A DNA stretch of 42,505 nucleotides, taken from IMG/VR virus record IMGVR_UViG_3300023443_000233. The stretch is one strand, 5' to 3'. Origin of the DNA: a virus. Below are positions 16,850-25,190 of the stretch, piece after piece. Every line of letters begins with the position of its first letter. Position 1 is the first letter of the stretch. The translations under genes were made by a program, and so were the position numbers. The notes beneath the pieces were generated by a model. That model ran no database searches and was not told where the DNA came from. It was given only the letters and a program-made list of their open reading frames with translations.

Positions 16850-17346
16850 GAAAACGTGGTAAATTAGTATTATCAGATATCGTCCACAAGCAGAAACACA
16901 AAACGGCATTCAACCTCCTTTTGATACGTAAAATTATTCTGTGGGCGATAGTCACTGTGGCGGAAGATCCGCACAATCTGGGCGTGAGAGTTCACGAGAT
17001 ATAGAGTGTAATCAACGGAGCAGAGAGGTCCCAGTCCGTATTACCGAGTGGGGCAGAACCACTCCAGTGACATTGAGATTGGACAGTAAGCATGTGGCAA
17101 GCAGCCACCGAATTATCCCGGGGCTTTTGTTGGATAAACAATCTCAAAACACGGGAATTAGTCCCAGAAAAATAAGCATGCAGAGGGTAGCTCCCTCAAG
17201 TTGGTGTGGTCGAAAGGTGACGGCTCATAGAGGCTGACGGTTCGACACCGTCCTCACCAATAGGGTTTATAGTTATCCCGACTGCCAGTCAGCGAAAACT
17301 TGTTACATAGTATTTTTAGTCACTCATTGCGAGTGGCTTTTTATTT
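16850..17346 (+). ncRNA. Candidate large structured ncRNA or leader, class unassigned (5' end uncertain)
   Basis: The block is GC-enriched in an AT-rich genome. Stable local hairpins: 16956-16975, 16983-16996, 17046-17064, 17094-17108, 17153-17165, 17183-17197. A T-arm-like hairpin GACGG-TTCGACA-CCGTC lies at 17236-17252. A long-range pair GTCACTG 16951-16957 / CAGTGAC 17065-17071 is possible. It ends in an intrinsic terminator. The only ORF here (16941-17237) is R/S/G-rich and has no RBS. Confidence 0.55.
17319..17346 (+). terminator. Rho-independent terminator closing the structured region
   Basis: GTCACTC (17319-17325) pairs with GAGTGGC (17331-17337), with one G-U pair and loop ATTGC. 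It is followed by TTTTTATTTT. Confidence 0.65.
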
Positions 17347-18581
17347 TGCAGAAAAGCGAGGTGGCAGACATTACTAAGTGGACGGAACAGCAGGTCAAAC
17401 GATTGTCGGAATTGGCAAATGAAGGGCTAACAAATATAGAGATAGCGCCTATGCTGTCAGAGGAGTTCGGCGAAGAGTTCTCATGGCCAAGCGTTAGAAG
17501 TAAACGTGCCAGGTTGAAGTTGCCACCGAGCGAAAAGAATATGCGTGTTAAGCAAACAGATAAGGCTAAGAAGAATGTAGTATCTACAGAAATCAAATCA
17601 GATGGTACTCAGACTAATCTTATTAAGTTACGTATGACTGAAGAGCAGTCGAAGAATCCTAATTATGTATTACAAGCGCATGGTTATGATCCAGAAAATT
17701 GGGAATTGGTCCAAGCGACTAACAACATTTGGGAACAGAACAATCAAGTAGATGGACTTATACAGCTTTATCAATCAAAGATAGTTGTTAAGCCAAGGGC
17801 AGAAGTGAGCATTCAAGCGTTGGCTACAAAATTGCTGCAAAGTACTAAGCCGATTACAATTCATCCAATTATCAAAGGGAAGTGCAATCTAGTCATACCG
17901 TTGGCTGATTTGCACTTCCCTATTTTGTCGGAACGAAAGTTTGAAACCTATCTATCCGATGTATTAGCAATCATAAATAATGGCTATAAGACAATCGTTA
18001 TAGAGGTGTTGGGGGATATCTTTCACTCAAACGCAATGAAAGCAAGCCAAACGATCAAAGGTACTCAACTTGAAGACGTGGATATGGTCGAAGCAATTGA
18101 GTTGGCTAAAACATTCTTCATTACGCTCATCGATGAATCATTAAGAAAAAGCTCAGAGGTGCGGATTGAATTTGCCAGTGGTAATCACAGTGACTTTGAG
18201 TATTTGTTTCTAATGTATTTAGAGACACTCTATCCACAAGTAACGGTAAACAAACACAATCTGCCAAGGGTCGCATATCAGCTAGACAATGTAGGCATTA
18301 TGCTCACTCATGGACACTTTGGGAAAAAAGGCGATTATCCTATGCTATTCGCTACCGAGTTTCGAGACGTATGGAGCAAAAGTACGTGGCTTGAGATTCA
18401 CCAAGGGCATTATCACTCAATGGAAGCTCAAAACCTTAAAGGTGTTATTCATCGGCAGTTAGGAACAATAAAACCTAACGATCAGTATGAGTCGGAGAAT
18501 GGTTATACGATGAACTACAAGAGTACACAGGCGTTTGAATATTCAGCGGACAAGCTGAAAGTAATCTATGAGTTGGGGTGA
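17346..18581 (+). CDS. Calcineurin-like metallophosphoesterase with N-terminal Myb/GcrA-like HTH
   Basis: 411 aa. All five MPE motifs are present: ADLHF, LGDIFH, SGNHSDFE, LTHGH and GHYH. The N-terminus WTEQQVKRLSELANEGLTNIEIA ... RSKRARLKL resembles the GcrA/Myb HTH. The start is uncertain (TTG 17346 or GTG 17361, both with a weak RBS). Confidence 0.8.
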   Translation: MQKSEVADITKWTEQQVKRLSELANEGLTNIEIAPMLSEEFGEEFSWPSVRSKRARLKLPPSEKNMRVKQTDKAKKNVVSTEIKSDGTQTNLIKLRMTEEQSKNPNYVLQAHGYDPENWELVQATNNIWEQNNQVDGLIQLYQSKIVVKPRAEVSIQALATKLLQSTKPITIHPIIKGKCNLVIPLADLHFPILSERKFETYLSDVLAIINNGYKTIVIEVLGDIFHSNAMKASQTIKGTQLEDVDMVEAIELAKTFFITLIDESLRKSSEVRIEFASGNHSDFEYLFLMYLETLYPQVTVNKHNLPRVAYQLDNVGIMLTHGHFGKKGDYPMLFATEFRDVWSKSTWLEIHQGHYHSMEAQNLKGVIHRQLGTIKPNDQYESENGYTMNYKSTQAFEYSADKLKVIYELG

Positions 18582-18796
18582 CTGATATGCATTACTATTA
18601 CATCCAACTATCAGTAGGAATACTAAGGCACAAGAACATCCGACAAGCGGAGTTGAAACCTAAGCACACGTTGCTTGAATGCTATGGTCAGTTTAGTGAC
18701 GAGTATATTGATCGGCATAGGCTGATATACATTGGGCATGGGTGGAAGAGTGATCCGCATATTGCGGAGAGATTAAGGAGGTATTTGAATGCTTAA
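18578..18796 (+). CDS. Hypothetical protein
   Basis: 72 aa. GTGA overlap with the upstream stop. Confidence 0.6.
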   Translation: MTDMHYYYIQLSVGILRHKNIRQAELKPKHTLLECYGQFSDEYIDRHRLIYIGHGWKSDPHIAERLRRYLNA

Positions 18797-18959
18797 ATTT
18801 ATTGTTTATGCTTTGATAGCAATTGCATTATACTTCGCTATTCCTTGGCAGATGAAGCAAATAGAAAAGAGTGTTGGTGGAGATTCGTTTCTGAGATTAG
18901 GAAGATGGTATCTCACATTTATGATAGCAATGATACCGATATGTAGCTTTTTTTGGTGA
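18789..18959 (+). CDS. 56-aa two-helix membrane protein
   Basis: ATG 18789 follows a perfect AAGGAGG with a 7-nt spacer. Sequence MLKFIVYALIAIALYFAIPW ... WYLTFMIAMIPICSFFW. Not in the ORF track. Confidence 0.55.
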   Translation: MLKFIVYALIAIALYFAIPWQMKQIEKSVGGDSFLRLGRWYLTFMIAMIPICSFFW

Positions 18960-18997
18960 TTTTAAACAGATATTTATAGAAAGGCGGTGGGCTTGAT

Positions 18998-19588
18998 GTG
19001 GCTAAGTTAACAAACAAACGTTATGGAGTAGTTTACTTAATAACTAACATTGTAAACAACAAAAAATATGTAGGTATAACCACACGATCCATCGATTCTA
19101 GGTTTGAAGAACACTGCAAAGCTGATAGTCTAATAGGAAAAGCTATAAGAAAATACGGTAAAGATAATTTCACGATTGAAATCATAGCTGAAACTACGAG
19201 TAAAGAAGATACTGTAGAAAAAGAAATTTATTATATATCCAATTACAATAGTTTCGAGAATGGTTATAACTTAACTATTGGTGGGGATGGAGTTGTTCAA
19301 AAGTTCAAAAGAGAAGTTCCTTTAAGCGAAGAACAGATAGAGTATTTGAATAATTTCCCACGTGATAACAATAGACATAAAGATTATTTAAAAATGACCA
19401 AAGTAGAATTTGTTAACGCGACTATAAAATGCCTCGTTAAAATGTATTTAGAATGCGAATACGAATTAGGGGTTAAACGAATTTTTGAATTTTTAAAAGG
19501 AAAAAGAGCTAGTGATTTTAATTTCTTAGAAGCCTTTTTAGAAACTGGTTTAATTTCTGAATATCATATCAAAAAATATGTAGCATAA
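18998..19588 (+). CDS. GIY-YIG family (homing-type) endonuclease
   Basis: Motifs YGVVYLITN ... YVGITT ... RFEEH ... NGYNLTIGG form the GIY-YIG catalytic core. It is free-standing, directly upstream of terS. Confidence 0.85.
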   Translation: MAKLTNKRYGVVYLITNIVNNKKYVGITTRSIDSRFEEHCKADSLIGKAIRKYGKDNFTIEIIAETTSKEDTVEKEIYYISNYNSFENGYNLTIGGDGVVQKFKREVPLSEEQIEYLNNFPRDNNRHKDYLKMTKVEFVNATIKCLVKMYLECEYELGVKRIFEFLKGKRASDFNFLEAFLETGLISEYHIKKYVA

Positions 19589-19612
19589 TCCAATCAGAAG
19601 GGAGGTCATTAC

Positions 19613-20101
19613 GTGGCAATTGGAAAATATAAAAAGTGGCTTGAGCAAGAGAATCTTATTTTGTTAGAAGGTTGGGCACGTGATGGACTGACCGATGAAC
19701 AGATAGCACAAAGAATGGGTATAAGCACAACTACATTGTACAGGTGGAAAAGTGAGCATCGGGAGATTAGGGAGGCCATAAAAAAAGGGAAAGAAGTCGT
19801 TGATTTCGAAGTGGAAAACGCCTTATTAAGAAATGCTAGAAAAGGTGATACGACAGCTCAAATATTTTGGTTAAAAAATAGGCGTCCTGATAAGTGGCGA
19901 GATAGTAGAGATAGAACAGATAGACAAGATAAGCTTATGGCTGCTCAACTGCAAAAAGAAGAAATGCAAGCTAAGAAAACAGAAGTGGAAATAAAACTTG
20001 CTGAGGCTAAACTTGAGAAAATCAAAAATGGCACAACTCAGACTACTGAAGATAAGTTGGATGAGTTGTTAGAGAAGATTAGTGGTGAATTGAATGATTA
20101 G
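19613..20101 (+). CDS. terS: Terminase small subunit
   Basis: 162 aa. HTH segment LTDEQIAQRMGISTTTLYRW, and the motif WLKNRRPDKWRD is typical of this TerS family. Overlaps terL. Confidence 0.85.
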   Translation: MAIGKYKKWLEQENLILLEGWARDGLTDEQIAQRMGISTTTLYRWKSEHREIREAIKKGKEVVDFEVENALLRNARKGDTTAQIFWLKNRRPDKWRDSRDRTDRQDKLMAAQLQKEEMQAKKTEVEIKLAEAKLEKIKNGTTQTTEDKLDELLEKISGELND

Positions 20102-21326
20102 TGATGTATACACTACTAAACAAATTCAAGTTTTGAATGAAACGGTAAAGAAAGATTGGTTCATTACTTTGCTACATGGAGCTAAGCGATCAGGAAAGAC
20201 AAAGATAAACAATGACTTATTTTTGTTTGAGTTAAGACGTGTGCGCAAGATAGCAGATAAAGAAGGTATTAAAGAGCCAATGTATATTCTCGCTGGTGTA
20301 TCAAGCGCCACTATTCAAAAGAATATTCTGCAAGAGCTTTACAACATGTATAGCATTGAACCCAAATTTGATAAGCATAATAACTTTGTCTTGTTCGGTG
20401 TGAAGGTGGTTCAAGCATACACTGGAAACATTGGCGGTGTCGGTGCTATTCGTGGCATGACGGCTCATGGTGCATATATCAATGAAGCTTCATTAGCTAA
20501 GCAAGAAGTATTTGCTGAAATCGTTTCTCGTTGTTCAGGGACAGGCGCTAGGATATTGGGCGATACCAACCCTGATAATCCAGAGCATTGGCTAAAAAAG
20601 GAATATATCGACAATACAAGTGAAAATATCAAGGCGTTTCATTTTGAATTAGATGACAACACTTTTCTTTCTGATCGATACAGAGAAAACATTAAAGAGT
20701 CGACACCTAGCGGTATGTTCTACGATCGTGACATAAAAGGATTGTGGGTATCTGCTGAAGGCGTGGTATATCAAGACTTTGATGCGAGTAAGCATTACGT
20801 CCAATCGAATGAAATCCCTCAGTTATCCTCTTTCTATTGTGGAGTTGACTGGGGGTACGAACACTGGGGATCAATTGTTGTTATAGGCGAAACAGATAAC
20901 GGAACAGCATATCTCATAGAAGAACATGCCACACAGTTTGAAGAAATTGATTATTGGGTAGAAATTGCCAAAGGTATTCAAGAGCGTTATGGCTCTAGGA
21001 TACCTTTTTATTGTGATTCTGCCAGACCAGAACATGTTGCAAGGTTCAAACGTGAACGCATCGAAGCTTTCAATGCAGACAAAGCCAGATTAAGCGGCGT
21101 TGAATCTGTTGCTAAGAAGATTAAAGCGGATAAGCTTTTTATCTGTCGTGACAAAGTTAAGAAGTTTTCAAACGAAATTTATCAATATGTTTGGGATAAA
21201 CGAAAAGGGGAACCAATCAAAGAATTTGATGATGTTCTTGATGCATTAAGATATGCAATTTACTCACACGAGTTGAAGAAAAGCAAAAAGGCTCAAATCG
21301 TCAGCAAAGTTAAATTCGGATTTTAA
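20094..21326 (+). CDS. terL: Terminase large subunit
   Basis: 410 aa. Walker A LHGAKRSGKT, a Walker B-like AYINEAS, and a C-terminal RNase H-like nuclease (GVDWGY ... DALRYA). Confidence 0.95.
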   Translation: MISDVYTTKQIQVLNETVKKDWFITLLHGAKRSGKTKINNDLFLFELRRVRKIADKEGIKEPMYILAGVSSATIQKNILQELYNMYSIEPKFDKHNNFVLFGVKVVQAYTGNIGGVGAIRGMTAHGAYINEASLAKQEVFAEIVSRCSGTGARILGDTNPDNPEHWLKKEYIDNTSENIKAFHFELDDNTFLSDRYRENIKESTPSGMFYDRDIKGLWVSAEGVVYQDFDASKHYVQSNEIPQLSSFYCGVDWGYEHWGSIVVIGETDNGTAYLIEEHATQFEEIDYWVEIAKGIQERYGSRIPFYCDSARPEHVARFKRERIEAFNADKARLSGVESVAKKIKADKLFICRDKVKKFSNEIYQYVWDKRKGEPIKEFDDVLDALRYAIYSHELKKSKKAQIVSKVKFGF

Positions 21327-21339
21327 GAGAGGTGATATT

Positions 21340-22758
21340 GTGGCAATTGTAGTTAATAGACAGATAGCCGGTGACTTAAATAACCCATCTGCTGAGTTGC
21401 TTAATTTTTGTATCCAACAGCACATGATGGAATTGGCGAGACTAGAAAGGCTATCAGATTATTACGATGGTAAGCATGACATTCTTAATCGCAAAAAAGA
21501 AAATGATGCAGCGCCAAATAATAAAGTGTTGATCAACCATGCGAAATATGTAGTGGATATGAACGTTGGTTTTATGGTGGGTAATCCGATTTCTTATGTA
21601 TCTGAATCAGATAAGAACATATTACCAATCTTAGATGCTTACGACAGGATTGACATCGTTTCTCATGATACAGAATTAGAGAAAGACCTATCAACATTCG
21701 GTGTGGGTTATGAACTTGTGTATTTAAACAAGACAAAGGAAAACGATGGAACACAATTAGAAATCAAATGTATTGATCCTAGAGGGATCTTCTTGGTGAC
21801 AGATGACACGGTAGATAAGAACCCTTTATTTGCAGTTCATTATCAGCCTGTACTAACGCTACAAGGCGGCGTTGATCACTATGTGGTTAAGTATTACAAC
21901 GACAATCGAGTGATTACGTATCACGCAAGCTCAAGAGGATTTGGTGAATACTCACTAGTGGATGCCAAGCCACATTACTTCAAAGCAGTGCCAGTCATTG
22001 AGTATCGGAATAATGAAGAAAAGCAAGGTGACTTTGAACAAGCCATTTCTTTGATTGATGCGTACAATCTACTCCAATCCGATCGACTAAACGACAAAGA
22101 GGCCTTTGTAGATGCAATTCTGTTTATTAGAGGATTTACTTTAGAAGATGGTGATGGCGAGAAGTTGGCGAAAGAAAAGATGCTTCAAACGGCTGCAATG
22201 CCTAACGAAGTAGACGCAGGGTATCTTACTAAGGAATTAAACGAGGATGGCGTTAATCTTTTAAGATCAGCAATCCTTGACGATATCCATAAGATTACCT
22301 ATGTACCTGATATGAATGATGAGAAGTTTTCTGGAAATGTTTCTGGTGAAGCTATGAAGTACAAACTGTTTGGCTTACTTCAGCTTATGTCGGTTAAATC
22401 ACGTTATATGATTAAAGGTTTGAGAAAGCGCATGGAACTGTTTGAAACAATTTTGAAGGTTACAGACAATTCCGTTGATGCGCAAGGAACGAAGATCAAA
22501 CTTAAGCCTAATTTACCTGTAAACACTAGCGATATCATCAATCAAATCGTCAGTGCTTACCAAGCTGGTATCTTACCGCTTAAAGTACTTCTGGGATGGT
22601 TGCCAGATATTGACGATGTGGACGAGGTGTTAAAACAGTTGAACCTTGAAAAAGAAGAAGCTATTGTGATGAACCAGAAAGCATTAGGTGTGCAAGCTGA
22701 AGATAGTCATTCGGATTTAGATGATGAGCCAGAGGAGGACGAAGGGGATGAAAGCTAG
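21340..22758 (+). CDS. Portal protein (SPP1 Gp6-like)
   Basis: 472 aa with an acidic C-terminus. Positioned after terL. GTG start with GAGAGG upstream. Confidence 0.9.
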   Translation: MAIVVNRQIAGDLNNPSAELLNFCIQQHMMELARLERLSDYYDGKHDILNRKKENDAAPNNKVLINHAKYVVDMNVGFMVGNPISYVSESDKNILPILDAYDRIDIVSHDTELEKDLSTFGVGYELVYLNKTKENDGTQLEIKCIDPRGIFLVTDDTVDKNPLFAVHYQPVLTLQGGVDHYVVKYYNDNRVITYHASSRGFGEYSLVDAKPHYFKAVPVIEYRNNEEKQGDFEQAISLIDAYNLLQSDRLNDKEAFVDAILFIRGFTLEDGDGEKLAKEKMLQTAAMPNEVDAGYLTKELNEDGVNLLRSAILDDIHKITYVPDMNDEKFSGNVSGEAMKYKLFGLLQLMSVKSRYMIKGLRKRMELFETILKVTDNSVDAQGTKIKLKPNLPVNTSDIINQIVSAYQAGILPLKVLLGWLPDIDDVDEVLKQLNLEKEEAIVMNQKALGVQAEDSHSDLDDEPEEDEGDES

Positions 22759-23257
22759 GAAGAAACCGGTAGTAGTTGAAGTTGTACAACTAAAAATGCT
22801 ATCTGCACGTTCTTATCGCAAATGCAAAGAATTTGTTGGTGAAGCATGGGTTGACCATAATAATATGCCGAATGGATTACCTGGTATTGAAACATTAGAA
22901 GGCACAATGGAAATATCTGACGGTGATTACATCATCAAAGGCGTTCATGGTGAGTTCTATCCATGTAAACCGGATATCTTTGAAGAAACTTACGACTTGA
23001 TAAATGACGATGGTGCTAAAAATGTCGATGATTCTGACTATGGCTTTTTATGGAATGGACCAGAAAAAACTTTGATAGTTAATGGACAAAAAGAAGAACG
23101 TATTACTAAAGCTGTAATCACTCTCGTACCATATCAAGTTGTAAAAGTAGAATTGGAAAAACTTATAACTATGCCAAATGTTGGTGTAATAGGCGAGGTG
23201 GATGTCGAAATAAAAGATATCGACTTCGATTCTGGTACAAGAGGATTGGCAGAGTAA
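22748..23257 (+). CDS. Hypothetical protein inserted between the portal and MuF-like genes
   Basis: ATG 22748 follows GAAGGGG. The N-terminal roughly 85 aa (KKPVVVEVVQL ... GDYIIKGVHGEFYPCKPDIFEETY) looks like a small stand-alone phage domain. Confidence 0.7.
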   Translation: MKARKKPVVVEVVQLKMLSARSYRKCKEFVGEAWVDHNNMPNGLPGIETLEGTMEISDGDYIIKGVHGEFYPCKPDIFEETYDLINDDGAKNVDDSDYGFLWNGPEKTLIVNGQKEERITKAVITLVPYQVVKVELEKLITMPNVGVIGEVDVEIKDIDFDSGTRGLAE

Positions 23258-23274
23258 AAAAAGGAGCTGATTAA

Positions 23275-24423
23275 ATGGCTCAAAAGAAACGCAAGCTATC
23301 CTACTGGGAACGACGTAACATCGACGCAGAACAAAAGATAAACGATGGAGCAATCAAAGTTGAGGAAGCTGTAGCGAAGGCTTACAGGCAAGCACAGACT
23401 TACTTAACCCAAAAGGTTAGGAAGTTATTTGAACGCTCTCAACAACGGTCTGGGCTATCTGAGAATGAAGCTAAACAGATACTGAATCAAACAACATCAG
23501 TTGAAGAGTTAGCGGAGTTAAGAAAGCTATCCAAGCAGATTAAGGATCCTGAGTTACAAGCTGCAGCAAAAAAACGATTGCAAGCATTAGCATTTAAAGA
23601 GCGTATCACTCGTGCAGAAGACTTGAAAGCCAAGTCTTTTTTAGTTTCTAAGCAAGTTGCAGATGTTCAGTTAGAAAAGCAGACAGAGTTCTATGTAGAT
23701 GCTATTCACGAATCGTATCGTGAGGCAACGGCAGAATCAGTCATCCGAAAGGCGCAAGATAATGCCAAGAATGGCGTAGTTATTGAGGTATGGAATAAGA
23801 AGGATTATCAGTTTAAGGAACTATCGACCAGGTATACAAAGAACATCCTCGATAGCCACTGGCATGGATCGAATTATTCTAAACGGTTGTGGGGCGATAC
23901 TGAAGCTTTAGCAGCAAGGTTGGAAGAATTGTTCACCGTTGAATCCATGACTGGCATGTCTGAGTTTGAAATGGCTAAGGCAATAGCTAGTGAATTTGAC
24001 CGCTCAATAGGTGTTGCTAGGCGGTTGATACGCACGGAAGCTAATTACATGGCTAATCAAGCGAAACTCAAAGCGTGGCAAGATAACGGCGTAAAAGAGT
24101 ACATGCTTGTTGCAGTCTTGGACTTACGAACATCTGATATCTGTAAAGGAAAAGATCATAAAATATATCGAGTTTCTGAAGCTAAAGTAAATGGTGTTAG
24201 TGGTACGTATCCGCCTTTCCATCCTTGGTGCAGAACAATAGCTATTATGTACAGCAAACGCACTCTTAAGCTGCCTAGAAATACTTTGGATCCTATCAGT
24301 GGCAAAGTCATTCCAATTAGAGGTGACACTACCTATAACGAATGGATAGATAAGCTGAAAGAAAAGTATTCGGATGAAGAAATAAGAGAACAGAAAAGAA
24401 AAATAATGGGATTGAAAGCTTAG
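23275..24423 (+). CDS. Head morphogenesis / minor capsid protein (SPP1 gp7 / Mu F-like)
   Basis: 382 aa. The pattern RTEANYMANQAKLKAW ... LDLRTSDICKGKDHKIY ... PPFHPWCRT is typical of Phage_Mu_F. Confidence 0.85.
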   Translation: MAQKKRKLSYWERRNIDAEQKINDGAIKVEEAVAKAYRQAQTYLTQKVRKLFERSQQRSGLSENEAKQILNQTTSVEELAELRKLSKQIKDPELQAAAKKRLQALAFKERITRAEDLKAKSFLVSKQVADVQLEKQTEFYVDAIHESYREATAESVIRKAQDNAKNGVVIEVWNKKDYQFKELSTRYTKNILDSHWHGSNYSKRLWGDTEALAARLEELFTVESMTGMSEFEMAKAIASEFDRSIGVARRLIRTEANYMANQAKLKAWQDNGVKEYMLVAVLDLRTSDICKGKDHKIYRVSEAKVNGVSGTYPPFHPWCRTIAIMYSKRTLKLPRNTLDPISGKVIPIRGDTTYNEWIDKLKEKYSDEEIREQKRKIMGLKA

Positions 24424-24441
24424 TCATTGACTAGGCTTTTT
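24419..24441 (+). terminator. Weak intrinsic terminator / attenuator after the MuF-like gene
   Basis: CTTAGTC pairs with GACTAGG around loop ATT, followed by CTTTTT. Confidence 0.4.
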
Positions 24442-24524
24442 GTCATGTCCAAGCGTGAAGACATTAAAAGCATCGGAAGTGCAAGCATTTATCCACTCTA
24501 AAAGATATGGAAGGAGTACAGAAC

Positions 24525-25175
24525 ATGAAACACAAAAAACTGTTGCCACTTAACCTACAATTCTTTACTGAAAAAGATGAATCAGATACTCCGGATGATT
24601 CTGAAACATCAAAACAGATTAATGTAGAAGAGTTGAGCGACGAAGAGATTGCAGCAATCAAAGAGAAGTTTGGTTTCAAGGACGACAAAGAAGTTGACTC
24701 TATTGTCAAAAGTAAAAAGTCACGCTGGCAGAAAGAATTTGAAGAAGAAAAGAATGAAGCTGCCCGTTTGGCAAAGCTAAGTGAGGAAGAAAGACAAAAA
24801 GAATTGCTTAACAAAGATAAGTTGGAATTCGAAAAAGAAAAAGAAGCTTTTCGACAAGAACAATTATTTGTTGAAAAAGGCAATCAGTTACAGTCAATCG
24901 GAATCAGCAAAGAGTTAGCGGCACGTATCAAGGGTGACACCGCAGAAGAAATTTTGGAAGATGTCAAAACATTCAAGAAAGCATGGGATGAAGCGCTAAA
25001 AGTTGCTGTTGATCAAGCGCTATTGAATTCAGTTGATTCGCCACTAGGTGCTAATACAACTTTGCCTGACATTAATCCGTTTGCTGCAGAAACCTTAAAC
25101 CTTACTGAGCAAGGAAGATTGCTACGAGAAGATCCAGAAAAAGCCAAAGCCCTACAGGCATTAGCGAATAAATAG
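24525..25175 (+). CDS. Scaffolding protein
   Basis: ATG 24525 lies 8 nt after GGAAGGAG. The protein is acidic and helical with an LNLQFF N-terminal motif. Located directly upstream of the capsid gene. Confidence 0.8.
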   Translation: MKHKKLLPLNLQFFTEKDESDTPDDSETSKQINVEELSDEEIAAIKEKFGFKDDKEVDSIVKSKKSRWQKEFEEEKNEAARLAKLSEEERQKELLNKDKLEFEKEKEAFRQEQLFVEKGNQLQSIGISKELAARIKGDTAEEILEDVKTFKKAWDEALKVAVDQALLNSVDSPLGANTTLPDINPFAAETLNLTEQGRLLREDPEKAKALQALANK

Positions 25176-25190
25176 AAAGTGGGAGAAAAA

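Noticed and set aside
16355-16976. Minus-strand ORFs 16355-16726, 16456-16848 and 16698-16976
   Set aside because: They are mutually overlapping shadows of arpU and the structured region, and none has an RBS.
16941-17237. 98-aa plus-strand ORF in the arpU-to-phosphoesterase gap
   Set aside because: The composition is Arg/Ser/Gly-rich and not protein-like, there is no RBS, and it has a GTG start. The frame runs through successive GC-rich hairpins, so it is better explained as structured RNA.
17202-17260. Possible tRNA gene, suggested by the GGTTCGACACC T-loop and a downstream ...CACCA
   Set aside because: Only a T-arm is present (17236-17252). The best acceptor partner (TGGTGTG 17202-17208) leaves 27 nt for the D and anticodon arms, which is too short. 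No anticodon stem-loop can be drawn.
16850-17346. tmRNA or group I intron interpretation of the structured block
   Set aside because: For tmRNA, there is no GGGG...CCCC-ACCA acceptor pairing with G3-U70 and no tag-peptide reading frame ending in LAA-stop. For a group I intron, arpU ends with a normal C-terminus and stop, no 5' exon with an RBS and start is visible, and the downstream ORF is not obviously split. Both should still be excluded formally by covariance-model search.
17931-17942. Second LexA-like site GAACGAAAGTTT
   Set aside because: It has an imperfect right half (GTTT, not GTTC), lacks the flanking C/G, and lies inside the phosphoesterase CDS with no promoter context.
24464-24883. 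139-aa Ser-rich minus-strand ORF
   Set aside because: It is the antisense shadow of the GAA/AAA-rich scaffold gene and has no RBS.
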